Shown: positions 40,043 to 49,780 of the stretch, one piece after another
How positions within the stretch are numbered: position 1 is the first letter of the stretch
Layout: every line of letters begins with the position of its first letter
Source of the DNA: an uncultured delta proteobacterium
GTDB lineage: Bacteria > Myxococcota_A > Polyangia > Polyangiales > Polyangiaceae
Direction of reading: 5' to 3'
Length of the DNA: 64,000 bases
NCBI GenBank assembly: GCA_963716725.1
Contig: CAVQUB010000033.1
Coordinates: forward strand, 76,665-140,664
Notes under the pieces: model-generated
Database searches by the model: none
What the model was told of the DNA's origin: nothing
What the model saw: only the letters and a program-made list of their open reading frames with translations
Program-made: the position numbers and the translations under genes

Positions 40043-40864
40043 ATGTCATCGCTCGGTCGGATCGCTCTCGCTGCGTTGCCCTGCGCGTTCTTGGTGTCTT
40101 CGTTCTTCGCCTGCGGTGGTCCCTCGCAACGCAGCTGCGCTTCCGAGGCGCCCTGGAGCGGCACCTGCAAGCTCAAGTCGGTGGTGAAAATCCGACACAC
40201 CGAGCTCCCGGTGCCTCACGGGATCTTCGAGGTCATCTACGAGCCACAGTCGAACCCATCGAATCCGAACTTCACTCCGCCGGCCCTGCGCGAAGAGATC
40301 CGAGTGCTCGCGTCGCAGGAGCTGGAGCTGGACGACTACTTCAAGAAGAACGAGACGGCCCCGTGTCAGATGGCGGCTTCGCCCCAGGGCACCTGCCAGC
40401 CGGGCGCGGTGAGCATCGCCTTGCCGCAGTTCCAACCCACCGGAGCGACGCCCTCGCAAGAGATCCGCGGCTGCGCCCAGATCGAGTCCCAGGCCAGCCA
40501 AGACCGCCTGCCGGAGCTCAGCAAGAACGCTCAGCAGATGCCCGAGATCATGCTCTTCGGCGAGTCTTCCGCCGCCACGACCCCCGAGATCGTTCAGGCT
40601 GCGCAAGCTGTGGCGCAGCGGATCAAGTCGTCCCCGGGGATCGAGTGCGTGGCCGTCGTCGGCCAAGTCTCTCCGGGCGAGCAGGGCGCGGTCGCGACCG
40701 AGCGCGCCAAGGCTATTCGTCAGATCCTGCTTCAGAACGGCGTCGAGCCCGCGCGTCTCACGACCATCACCGTCACCGCTGCGGTCTACGGCGGCGGCAC
40801 CGAGGCCCCGCCGCCCGATCCCGCCAAGCGCCGCGTCACGCTTCGAGTGCTGTTGGCGCGCTGA
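40043..40864 (+). CDS. Lipoprotein with a C-terminal OmpA-like domain
   Basis: Lipobox FFAC, ERAKAIRQILLQNGVEPARL, KRRVTL. Confidence 0.7.
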   Translation: MSSLGRIALAALPCAFLVSSFFACGGPSQRSCASEAPWSGTCKLKSVVKIRHTELPVPHGIFEVIYEPQSNPSNPNFTPPALREEIRVLASQELELDDYFKKNETAPCQMAASPQGTCQPGAVSIALPQFQPTGATPSQEIRGCAQIESQASQDRLPELSKNAQQMPEIMLFGESSAATTPEIVQAAQAVAQRIKSSPGIECVAVVGQVSPGEQGAVATERAKAIRQILLQNGVEPARLTTITVTAAVYGGGTEAPPPDPAKRRVTLRVLLAR

Positions 40865-40968
40865 GCAGGCGTCGACGGGTCAGGTTGATGCGCTCGCCGG
40901 TCAGGGCGGGCTGTTTCGGCACGCCGTGGCGCAGCTCCGCCACGATGCAGGCGAGACGTCGACGCGAC

Positions 40969-41643
40969 TCACGCCTTGGTCTTCGCGGGCACCTTGGGCT
41001 GCTTCTTATCCATTTCTTTGAAGCGCCGCTCCAGCTCTTTCATGCGCTTTTCCATCCGCTTCGGATCCGCCGGCTGGTCCTGACCGTCGTTCGGCCACTT
41101 CCACTGCCACTGCTTGAAGAAGCGCTTCGAGTTGCCGGGCGCCGTGCCCTTGAACAGATCACCGAAGCCGTCGAACGAAAAGTCGAAGTCCAGATCGCCA
41201 TCGGTCGGCGCATCGCTGTCGAGCTTGGCCTGCAGCTGGATCGTGCGTCGAGCGCGCACGACGGTGACGGGCACCAGCTCGCCGGACTTCTTGTCGGCCA
41301 GCGCCCTCGACACGTCGCTCGGTCCGTCCACGGGCTCGCCGCCGACGCGCGTGATCACGTCACCGACCTTGAGACCAGCCTTCGCCGCCGGAGTCCCCGC
41401 TTCGACACGCTGCACGAGGATGCCGGCGTCCTTGGGCGCGCCGAAGTGGTCGCGCAACTCTTCGGTCATGTCGGTGGCGTGCGCGCCGAGGCGGCCCTTG
41501 CCGCTCTTGAACGAGAAGCTCCACGACGACGCCGGGGGTTTGGCCGGCGCGGCGGCCGGCGGCTTCGGCTTCGCCTTGGGTTGGGCGACCGCGGGTGCGG
41601 AAACCAGGAGGGCGGCGATGAAGAGGGCGACTGGGGCTCTCAT
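40969..41643 (-). CDS. Exported PDZ-domain protein
   Basis: Signal peptide, GRLG, GILVQRVEAGTPAAKAGLKVGDVITRVGG. Confidence 0.85.
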   Translation of the reverse strand: MRAPVALFIAALLVSAPAVAQPKAKPKPPAAAPAKPPASSWSFSFKSGKGRLGAHATDMTEELRDHFGAPKDAGILVQRVEAGTPAAKAGLKVGDVITRVGGEPVDGPSDVSRALADKKSGELVPVTVVRARRTIQLQAKLDSDAPTDGDLDFDFSFDGFGDLFKGTAPGNSKRFFKQWQWKWPNDGQDQPADPKRMEKRMKELERRFKEMDKKQPKVPAKTKA

Positions 41644-41692
41644 GGCGGGCCAAGCGTAGCACTGGGTCCGCGGCGTGCCGTGGCGGCGGTGA

Positions 41693-42265
41693 TCAGAGCC
41701 TCACGTCCGCCCACAACACCCCGAGATCGAGCGCGAAGGCGTCGAAGGGCTCGGCCCGTACGGTCTCGTCCCTCTGATGCACCGACAGAATGGAATAGCG
41801 TCCAGCCTCTAGCCGGAGCACTTCGAGCAGGCGGGCCAGCGGATCCACGAGCCAGACGTGTGGCACGAGCTCGCGAGCGTAGACTGGAAGCTTGTCGGCG
41901 CGGTCGACACGCGCCGTGGTCGGCGACAGCACCTCACACACCCAGTCTGGCGCGAGCGTGAAGTAGGGCTGTTCGTTGGTCAGCTCTGGGAGCCGCGCCT
42001 TGCGCCAACCGGCCAAGTCGGGGACGAGCACGTCGTCGCCCAGATGAAGCTCGGGCTCGTCGAGAAGGATCCAGCCCCCGGGCCCACCTCGGCCTCGCTT
42101 GAACGGAGGACCGAGCTCTTCGCCGAGCGCCGACGAAGCGGCGGCGTGGGGCTTCGCGGGGCGCGGAGAGAGGCGCAGCTCGCCGTCGAGGATTTCCGCG
42201 ACCAGATGCTTGGGCGCGCGCAAGAGGTCCTCGTACGTTGCCCGGCGCCGCGCGGGAGCGACCAT
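41693..42265 (-). CDS. Uma2 (DUF820) family endonuclease-like protein
   Basis: ATYEDL, AEILDGEL..SPRP, EPELHL, VPDLAGWR, APDWVCEVLSP, WLVDP. Confidence 0.92.
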   Translation of the reverse strand: MVAPARRRATYEDLLRAPKHLVAEILDGELRLSPRPAKPHAAASSALGEELGPPFKRGRGGPGGWILLDEPELHLGDDVLVPDLAGWRKARLPELTNEQPYFTLAPDWVCEVLSPTTARVDRADKLPVYARELVPHVWLVDPLARLLEVLRLEAGRYSILSVHQRDETVRAEPFDAFALDLGVLWADVRL

Positions 42266-42310
42266 GACGCAAGCATACGGCCCGACGTGACGCGCGCGCA
42301 ACGACGGCCG

Positions 42311-43698
42311 TCAGGCCCAGCCAGACTTTGGCGCGATCTTCGGCCAGGGACGCGCGCTCTCGATGCTCGCCGCGAGCTCGAGCAACAACCGGTCACGCCC
42401 GTGCGCCGCAGAGAGCTGAACCCCGATCGGGGTCCCGACGGAGCTCATGCCCCCGGGCAGCGAGATCGCGGGCGCGCCGGCCGCGTTCTGCAGCGGAGTG
42501 AAGGGAATGTACTGTCGGACCCGGTCGAACACGGTGTCAAAGCCGAGCTTTGGCGAGAAGTGCCCGAGGGGCGGGGGTGGGTGTGCCGTGGTCGGCGAGA
42601 TCAGTACGTCGACGGAGTTCATGGCCTCGGCGTACGTTCGGGTGAAGCCGCGGAGTCGGCGCGTGGCACCGAGGACTCTTCCCACGCGCGAGGTGAATGC
42701 GCTCGACAACCCTCGAGCCCACGGCTCGAGCTGCGCGCGGTCGAATCTCCAGTGCAACGTGACGGGTGCGGTCGCGATCTGGAGCCAGGCGACCATGGTC
42801 CAGTAGTCCAGAAAGTCGTCACTGACCTGCCCGTCGAAGGGACAATCGATCTCCTCGACCGTGTGTCCAAGCGACTCGACGAGCTTGCCCAGGGCTAGCG
42901 CCGCGTCGCGGTGTTCGGGATCCACCGGCGTGCCCAGGGGCGCGTCGGTGAAGACCGCGACGCGCAGACCTCGGGGGGCTCGGGCGCCATTGGGCCCATG
43001 GCCGGCACGCCCTTCGGTGGACGATGCGACTCGAGCGCCTGGTGGAACGCCGCGGTGTCCCGCACCGAGCGCGAGACGACGCCGTGCACGGCGATGTTGA
43101 CCGGCAGCAGCTCCGAGCCCTCCATGTCGAAGCGTCGACGAGACGGCTTCAGCCCCACGAGGCCGCAGCAGGCAGCGGGGATCCGGATCGATCCGCCGCC
43201 GTCAATGGCGTGTGCGATGGGCACGACGCCGGCCGCCACCAGGCAGGCCGCGCCCCCCGAGGAGCCACCGGACGATCGCGACGGCACCCACGGATTGCGG
43301 CAGGGGTCGCGGTCGAGAGGCTCGGTGGTGCCCGTGAGCCCCAGCTCGGGGGTTGCGCTCTTTCCCAGCGTCACGAAGCCCAGCGCTTCGATGTCTCGCA
43401 CCGAAGGATCCGTGCGGCGCGACTCGTACGCGCCGGCGCCGCGCGAGCCCCAGGTCGTCCTCACGCCGGCGAGCTGGGCCAGATCCTTGATGAAGCTCGG
43501 CACGCCGGCGAAGGGTGCGGGGCCCAGATTGCGCAGTTGTTCGCGGGCGCGATCGAAGGTGGCGGTCACCACCGCGCCCAGGGGACGGGCCTCTTCTGCG
43601 CGGACGATCGCGGCTTCGACAACTTCGCCCACAGACACCTCGCGGAGGCGAATGCGCTCTGCCGTTTCGACGGCGTCCCAACTCGCAAGCTCCTTCAT
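42311..43698 (-). CDS. Amidase signature family protein with one apparent frameshift in a G6 run (42973-42978)
   Basis: GVPSFIKDL, GKSATPELG, GGSSGG, DGGGSIRIPAACCG, then in another frame FTPLQNAAGAPAISLP and PIGVQL. Confidence 0.88.
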
Positions 43699-43707
43699 CG
43701 TGACTCT

Positions 43708-44211
43708 CTAACGCACCCGCAGCCAGCGCTGACCTTCGAGCGTGTACTCGATGCTGTAGTTCTCGTCGTCGAGGGGCGCGATCTGCCGCTTGGTGCCGCC
43801 CGACTTTTCGAAGGTCCACTTCTCGTCCCACTTTTCGTCGCGATCGAGATCGATCTTGGCGCGGTTGACGCGGCTCTCACCGGCGTCCTTGTACAGGTTC
43901 ACCTTGTACCTTCGCCCGCGCACCGCGTCCTTGACCTTGTCGCCCGAGATCGGGACCGCGGCGGCGGCGATGATCGCGCGATCCATCTCGCCGAGCGGTA
44001 GCTCCTTGGTCCCGACCGAGGCGGTCGCGGTCGGTGGGGGGGCGGTCGTCGCCACTGGCTCTGCGACCGGAACCGCGACTGCCGGCGGCACTGGCTCGGC
44101 CACCGGAACCGCCGGCCGCGTGGCCAGGAACACCACGCAGGTCCCGAACCCACCCAGCACCACCAGGAGCCCGCCGCCGATCAGCAGGCCTTTGAACGTA
44201 TTGTACTTCAC
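43708..44211 (-). CDS. Hypothetical single-pass membrane protein with a Pro/Ala linker and an acidic C-terminal domain
   Basis: Transmembrane segment GLLIGGGLLVVLGGFGTCVVFLA, KIDLDRDEKWDEKW; GTG overlaps the upstream stop. Confidence 0.75.
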   Translation of the reverse strand: MKYNTFKGLLIGGGLLVVLGGFGTCVVFLATRPAVPVAEPVPPAVAVPVAEPVATTAPPPTATASVGTKELPLGEMDRAIIAAAAVPISGDKVKDAVRGRRYKVNLYKDAGESRVNRAKIDLDRDEKWDEKWTFEKSGGTKRQIAPLDDENYSIEYTLEGQRWLRVR

Positions 44212-45128
44212 GCCGCGCCTCCCAACGCCTCGCGCGCCATCATGCCACGGGCGATGGGCACGGAGCAGTAGCAGTGTCGATACAAACAAGGCTCCGGCGC
44301 GGTCAGGATCCGGAAGCTCGGATCGAGGAAGTTCCCGAGCTTGCCCAGGGATCGCTCGCGTTCGGGGTTCGGGATCTTGCCGGAACCCACGCGCAGCGCC
44401 GTGAGCACGCTTCGGCGCGCCGGGTAGCAGCGATAGACCTCGCCTCGATCATCCATGACGAAGAAGCGCGCCCCGGCCCAACACGCCCTTCCGAAGAAGT
44501 CGTAGGCCATGGCCCCGAGGCCGTTGTGGCCCCCGAGTTCCTCGATCAGCGCGACGTCCGCCGGCTCGTAGTCGACGATGTGACCCTCGTCGCGCTCGGG
44601 CTGGATTTTGAGGGAGATGCCTGCGTCGGCGAACAGCCTCGCGAGCTCAGGGAGCCGTGGCAGCGAGGCGGCGGTGGCGACGGTGGTCACGCAGAGGCTC
44701 GCGCTCGTGTCTGCGAGCCGTGAAGCGATCCGCTGCGCGCGCTTGGCGAAGGCGCCCACGTCGTCCACGTACTCGAGGTGCAAGCTGGCCGACAGCACGC
44801 CCAAGCGGCCCGCGGCAGCGTCGAGGAAGCGATCGAGCTCGGCGTCGGTGGCCGAGAGGTTCGTGACCACCGAAATCCGCAGCTCGAGCGCCGCCAGACC
44901 GGTCACGATCTCGATGAAGCGCGGGTGCACGAAGGGCTCGCCGCCGGAGAGCTTGATCTCCCACGATCCCGGCAGGCGGCCGAAGGCCCGCAGGAACGCC
45001 GGCGTGTCCCTGGCCCACCGCCCGCGGTCGTCCTTCATGCGCTGGGAGCAGTAGCTGCAGCGGAAGTTGCACGAGGTGCACACGTTCCAGGCGATCACGC
45101 CCTCGGTCGGCTCCGGCGGCGCGTTCAC
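44208..45128 (-). CDS. Radical SAM protein with a Cys-rich (Twitch-like) C-terminus (rSAM-3)
   Basis: WNVCTSCNFRCSYC, LSGGEPF, VVTNLS, CWAG...GEVYRC...CLYRHCYC; GTG overlaps the upstream stop. Confidence 0.88.
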   Translation of the reverse strand: MNAPPEPTEGVIAWNVCTSCNFRCSYCSQRMKDDRGRWARDTPAFLRAFGRLPGSWEIKLSGGEPFVHPRFIEIVTGLAALELRISVVTNLSATDAELDRFLDAAAGRLGVLSASLHLEYVDDVGAFAKRAQRIASRLADTSASLCVTTVATAASLPRLPELARLFADAGISLKIQPERDEGHIVDYEPADVALIEELGGHNGLGAMAYDFFGRACWAGARFFVMDDRGEVYRCYPARRSVLTALRVGSGKIPNPERERSLGKLGNFLDPSFRILTAPEPCLYRHCYCSVPIARGMMAREALGGAA

Positions 45129-45973
45129 GGCGAGACTCCCTCGATCATGCCGCGATTGGCGGGCACCGCGCAGGGGCAGATGGAATAGCTGCACTCGCTC
45201 GCGGCGGTGCGGCGCTGAAAGCTGCCGTCGAGCACGTTTCCCAAGGCCCCCTCGGAGAAGCGCTTCGACGTTCGGCAGCTCCAAGCGTCGCCGCGTTGGG
45301 TGAGCACGAAGTAGTCGGCGCCAGCCCAGCAGCGCTTGCCAAGGTGGCTTGGCGCCATGTTGGCGGCGCGGGAGGTCGGGGCCTCGCCCACCAAGACGCG
45401 CAGCTTCAGCCGGTCGTCTGCGTCGTAGTCGAAGACGCCGCCCTTGGTCTTGAGCACCTGCGGGAACAAATGAAGGCCCACGGCTTCGAGCGCCGCTCGC
45501 GCGCGAGCCACGCGATCGAGCTCGGCGGGGACGAGCACGGTGTTGATCACCAGCCGTGCTTCGGGGTCCATCAGTTCCCGCAGCCGCCGCGCCTTGTCGA
45601 CGAACTCGCTCACCTCGACGTGCTCGAAGTGCAGGCTCGCGCTCACGATCTCGAGTCGCCCCCGGGTGAGGCGGGCGAAGCGCTCGAGCAGATCGAGCGG
45701 CGCCGACAGGTTGGTGAGCACCGAGATCCGGTGAGCGGTGCGCTCGATCAGCCCGGGGACGATGCGCGCCAAGAATCCCCGAAAGGCGAAGGGCTCGCCC
45801 CCAGTCATCTTGATCTCCCAGCTCGGGGTCAGGGCCGAGAAGAAGTCGAGGAAACCGTCCAGATCCGCCTCCGTGGGGTGCCCGGTGCGGTATTTCTTGC
45901 TCTGGATGCAGTAGCTGCAGTCGTAATTGCAGACGCCGCACACCTGCCACTCGACGGTGGGTCGGCGGCTCAA
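45125..45973 (-). CDS. Radical SAM protein with a Cys-rich (Twitch-like) C-terminus (rSAM-2)
   Basis: WQVCGVCNYDCSYC, MTGGEPF, VLTNLS, CWAG...GDAWSC...CSYSICPC; TTG overlaps the upstream stop. Confidence 0.88.
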   Translation of the reverse strand: MSRRPTVEWQVCGVCNYDCSYCIQSKKYRTGHPTEADLDGFLDFFSALTPSWEIKMTGGEPFAFRGFLARIVPGLIERTAHRISVLTNLSAPLDLLERFARLTRGRLEIVSASLHFEHVEVSEFVDKARRLRELMDPEARLVINTVLVPAELDRVARARAALEAVGLHLFPQVLKTKGGVFDYDADDRLKLRVLVGEAPTSRAANMAPSHLGKRCWAGADYFVLTQRGDAWSCRTSKRFSEGALGNVLDGSFQRRTAASECSYSICPCAVPANRGMIEGVSP

Positions 45974-47049
45974 GTCTCGCCTCCACGGCCGATGACCTCC
46001 AGAAAACGCTGCTTGCCGTAGCGCTCGGCGAAACGCGCGCCGAGCTCGACGTTCTGGCTGAGCTTGCCGCACTGGTGGCAGCCGTCGAAGTATTCGCCGC
46101 GACGCAGGCGCGCTCGGAGCGCGTTCCAAGCGTCGCCGCGCCACAGATCGCTGAACCGCGCCTCGCTCAGCCTGCCCACCACCACCTCGGTGTTGCAGCA
46201 ATACAGGACCGTGCCGTCGACGGTGATCCGCGAGTAGGCGTAGCCCATGAAGCAGCCGATGTCCGCGATGGGCGCGGTGGATCGGCCGCCGGCCCGGAGC
46301 TGCTCCGCGAAGACCACGAGGTTCGTCGAAACGCCGAGGGCTCGCGCGAGTTCGAGCGCGCGGGGCACGCCGTCGTCGGAAAGCTGGGCGCGCTGCTCCT
46401 CGCCGATGCCACAGGTCTCGGTGCCGCCGCGCAGGCTCGCGAGCTTGAAGGTCACCGCCAGCGCGTTGGCGTCTTTGGCGAGCTGGATCATCTCCGGCAG
46501 CTCGTGGGCGTTGGTCTCGCACACCACCTGCACGTGTTTGTAGCGCCGTCCGGCCTCGCGGAAGCGCGCCAGCGCCGAGTGCAGGCGGGACCACTCGTCG
46601 CCGCGGAAGCTTGGGTGAAACGCCCGGTAAGAAGCCTCGCTCGCGCCGTGAATGCCGATCAAGAGCTGATCGACGCTCAGCTCGATCAAGCGTTCGGGAT
46701 CGGCGGCCGCGAGGTTGGTGATGATCGTCAGCTGAAGCCCGCGGGCTTTCACCGCGGCGATCATCCGGTAGATGTCCGGGTGGGTGAAGGGTTCGCCCAT
46801 GCCGCTCAGGATGATCTTGCGGAAGCCGCCGAGACTCCCGATGTCTTCGAGCAGCGCTTCGAGCGCTTCGAGCGAGAGCCGGCCGCGTTTCCAGTCGCTG
46901 GTTCGAGCCAGCCGGAGCAGCGGCGAGTGATCCCAGCAGGTGATGCAGTTGGTGTTGCAGCCGTTGGTGACGTCGACGTGCACCGTCTCGGGGCCCGCGA
47001 GCACGCGGCCCTGATCGAGGCTCAGCAGCGCGGCGGGCAGCTGCTTCAC
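45970..47049 (-). CDS. Radical SAM protein with a SPASM/Twitch domain (rSAM-1)
   Basis: TNGCNTNCITC, SGMGEPFTHP, ITN, CFMG..ITVDGTVLYCC...CHQC. Confidence 0.9.
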   Translation of the reverse strand: MKQLPAALLSLDQGRVLAGPETVHVDVTNGCNTNCITCWDHSPLLRLARTSDWKRGRLSLEALEALLEDIGSLGGFRKIILSGMGEPFTHPDIYRMIAAVKARGLQLTIITNLAAADPERLIELSVDQLLIGIHGASEASYRAFHPSFRGDEWSRLHSALARFREAGRRYKHVQVVCETNAHELPEMIQLAKDANALAVTFKLASLRGGTETCGIGEEQRAQLSDDGVPRALELARALGVSTNLVVFAEQLRAGGRSTAPIADIGCFMGYAYSRITVDGTVLYCCNTEVVVGRLSEARFSDLWRGDAWNALRARLRRGEYFDGCHQCGKLSQNVELGARFAERYGKQRFLEVIGRGGET

Positions 47050-48482
47050 GGCGCAGGCTCCGAGCGCAGCAGGGCCTCGGCGACGGCGTCGCGCCGGCGG
47101 GCGACGCTGGGCTCCGGGTTCTTGCGCAGCGCTTCTCGGGCGACCTCGCAGGCGCGTGGGGCTGGCAGCTTCGCGTCGCGCGCGAGCTCGAACAGCGCCT
47201 GAGAGCGTTGCAACAACTCGCCGAGCTCCCGGGCCGGGCTGGCACGTCCGCCGTCGCCGTCGAGCAGGTGCATCATCCCGATCAGCTGGGCCTCGTCGAC
47301 CTCGAGCGCCCGCGCCTGCTCGATCAGGGCATCGCTGACCGCGACCTCGGCGCGATCGATGTCGCTGGTGGGCAGGCAGGTGCGCAAGAGCTCCGCCGCG
47401 GCGACTCGCGCGCAGTTCTTCGGGACCAGCTTCTTTGCGGCCAGCGCCGCTGCCCGGTGGGTCGCCGGCTCGAGCAGATCGGCGACCGCGGCGGTCAGAT
47501 CGGTCGGTGGCGCGTCGTGGGAGAGCATGCGTGCCGCACCGGCGCGCACCGCGCGCATCGCCCGCGAGCCCTGATCGTCCGCGATCTTGTCCTGCGGAAC
47601 GAACACCGTCGGCACTCCCGCCAACATCAGCTCGACGGCGCTGTTGTAGCCCGCCGCGCTGACGGCCACGTCGAAGGCGGCGCCGAGCTCCGCCGCCGGT
47701 TCGTTGACCAGCGGCGTGATCCGCGGGTGGCGCGGCACGCGTCCGCGATAGAGGGGCCCAGTGCCGAGCACGAGGACCATCGCCGGATCGAAGGCCAGCA
47801 GCGCCTCGACCGAGCGGATCAGCTGGGCCTCGGCCCCGGCGTCGCCGCCCCCGCCGGCCGACACGTACACGACGCGCGCGTCGCGAGCGATGCCGAGGCG
47901 GTCCCGGGCCGCGTCGCGGGTCATCAGCTCGACGCGTTCGCGCACGGCGATGGGCCCCACGAAACGAGTGCGCGGCCGCGCGGCGTCGGGGATCAGGACG
48001 GACGACTCACCCTCGTGCTCGGGCACGATCACCGTGTCGTAGAGCGGCAGGAGCGTCTGCACGTCGGGGCGCCGCGCGAAGTCGTCGAGCATCGGGCGGT
48101 AGATGAGCGCGCGCTTCTTGCAGAGGTCGAGCACGCCCATGAGCTCGCCGAAGGAGCCGCGCGGGAAGGTGTCCACCACGAACAGATCCGGTCGCACCAG
48201 CCCGATCGAGTGCCAGACCCATTGCTTTGCGAGGGCGAGGTAGGTCGCCTTGTCGATCCCGGCGGCCCCGACCACGGTCTTCGATGGCAGCTTGAAGGAA
48301 GCAAAGCCTTCGGAGAGCGGCAGGCCCTCGGCCTCGCTCGAGGTCAGGAAGTAGATCTCGGCGCGCACGTCGGCCCAGGCCGCGTAGCGCCGGATCCAAC
48401 GGCTGATGGCCACCAGCCGCGTGAGGTGTCCCGCGCCGGAGCCGTTCACCGCGTAGTTCACCACCCGCAGACTGCGTTTCAT
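47046..48482 (-). CDS. GT-B fold glycosyltransferase (MurG/GT28 C-terminal-like)
   Basis: NGSGAGHLTR, PDLFVVDTFP, VSAGGGG, DVAVSAAGYNS..E....GVPTVFVP, DDQ..RA. Confidence 0.85.
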   Translation of the reverse strand: MKRSLRVVNYAVNGSGAGHLTRLVAISRWIRRYAAWADVRAEIYFLTSSEAEGLPLSEGFASFKLPSKTVVGAAGIDKATYLALAKQWVWHSIGLVRPDLFVVDTFPRGSFGELMGVLDLCKKRALIYRPMLDDFARRPDVQTLLPLYDTVIVPEHEGESSVLIPDAARPRTRFVGPIAVRERVELMTRDAARDRLGIARDARVVYVSAGGGGDAGAEAQLIRSVEALLAFDPAMVLVLGTGPLYRGRVPRHPRITPLVNEPAAELGAAFDVAVSAAGYNSAVELMLAGVPTVFVPQDKIADDQGSRAMRAVRAGAARMLSHDAPPTDLTAAVADLLEPATHRAAALAAKKLVPKNCARVAAAELLRTCLPTSDIDRAEVAVSDALIEQARALEVDEAQLIGMMHLLDGDGGRASPARELGELLQRSQALFELARDAKLPAPRACEVAREALRKNPEPSVARRRDAVAEALLRSEPAP

Positions 48483-49780
48483 GAGGCGTCTCTTCCGAGA
48501 TCGGCGACGTCGTCCGGCACGCCGGCGGCGGCCGCGGCGGCGAGCAGATCGTCGTCATCGCGCTCTTGCTGTTGCCAGCGATACTGGGGATTTTCTCGGC
48601 GGAATTGCTGAACCTCCGGGATGAAGTCGCCGTCGAGCCGCCCGTTGGTCATCACGTCCCACCACAGCAGGCCCGCGCCGATGGGGGCCAGGTGATAGGC
48701 GTTGAAGCCGTACACGGCGCCGTAGGTCTTCTCGAAACGGCTCCAGCGCTTGCGATGCGCTTCGGAGCGATCGCGGAACCTGCGCTGGAAGCCCTCGACG
48801 GGGAAGCGGGTGCCGGCCTTTTTCGGGCGACTGAGCTTGCCCATGTCGCGATCGAGCTTGCCCAAGGCCGTCTTGGCGTCCTGCTCGAATTCGCTGACGA
48901 AGTGCGCGTAGATCCCGTCGAGGTAGCGCCCCTTCGCCGTCACGCCGATCAGGCGCTTGTAGGCGAGGTCGATCTCCGGCACCGGCGCGAGCCTCGGCGC
49001 GAGGGCCTCTGGCGGGCACTCGAGCATGAAGGTGGCGAGCCGCTGGCGAACGTGATCGAGCCAGCGCGGTTCGAGAGAGGCGAGGGCGGTGCTGATCTCT
49101 TGGTGCTCGCGCTCGAGGGCCTCGCCGGCGGCGATCTCGGCCTGCAAGCGGCTGATCTCGGCCTGCAGCGGGCCCACCGACTGATAGGCCCGACCGTACT
49201 CCTCGCGCACCTGCGAGAAGAACTGTTTTTCGGGAAAGCGCGCCAAGATCTCGTCGCCGGCCTTCCAATCGGCGTAGTAGCTCATGCGCCAGAAGCCGGT
49301 GGAGTAGCCGGTGGTGCCGTACCCGCTCTCCATCAGGCTCGCCATGCGGGCGTGAGCGCAGCGAGTGAGCACCTCCATCAGCGGCGCCAGGTGTTCCTGC
49401 ATTTCCCAGAGCGCCCGGGGCAGGGAGCCCGTGTTCGGGTGGCGCAGCAATTCCCGCTGCGCGAAGCGCACGTCCGCCTCGATCTGCGCCAACCGGCCGC
49501 TGCGCTTCTGTCGCTCGTTCTCCATCATGGCGAGGGGGTTCTCGGCGCCGAGGGCGGTGAAACCGGTGACGCGGATCGCGTAGTCGATCCACTCGGCGGA
49601 GAGCGAGCGGACCAAGGTCGTTCCGAGGTCGCTCACTGCCTGCGCATAGGCGCGCTCGAGCTCCCCGCGACGCTGGTGGTGCACGGTGGCGTAGTGCTGC
49701 GCCACGCCGAGCTCGTGGGTCAAGGCGGCGTGCTGGTGCCGCGCCGCCTGCATGAACTGGGAGACGTCGTAGTCGCTCAC
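48479..49780 (-). CDS. Hypothetical coiled-coil-rich protein
   Basis: 433-aa ORF coupled by 4-nt overlaps on both sides; helical heptads, aromatic motif GYGTTGYSTGFWRMSYYADWK, acidic tail. Confidence 0.75.
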   Translation of the reverse strand: MSDYDVSQFMQAARHQHAALTHELGVAQHYATVHHQRRGELERAYAQAVSDLGTTLVRSLSAEWIDYAIRVTGFTALGAENPLAMMENERQKRSGRLAQIEADVRFAQRELLRHPNTGSLPRALWEMQEHLAPLMEVLTRCAHARMASLMESGYGTTGYSTGFWRMSYYADWKAGDEILARFPEKQFFSQVREEYGRAYQSVGPLQAEISRLQAEIAAGEALEREHQEISTALASLEPRWLDHVRQRLATFMLECPPEALAPRLAPVPEIDLAYKRLIGVTAKGRYLDGIYAHFVSEFEQDAKTALGKLDRDMGKLSRPKKAGTRFPVEGFQRRFRDRSEAHRKRWSRFEKTYGAVYGFNAYHLAPIGAGLLWWDVMTNGRLDGDFIPEVQQFRRENPQYRWQQQERDDDDLLAAAAAAGVPDDVADLGRDAS

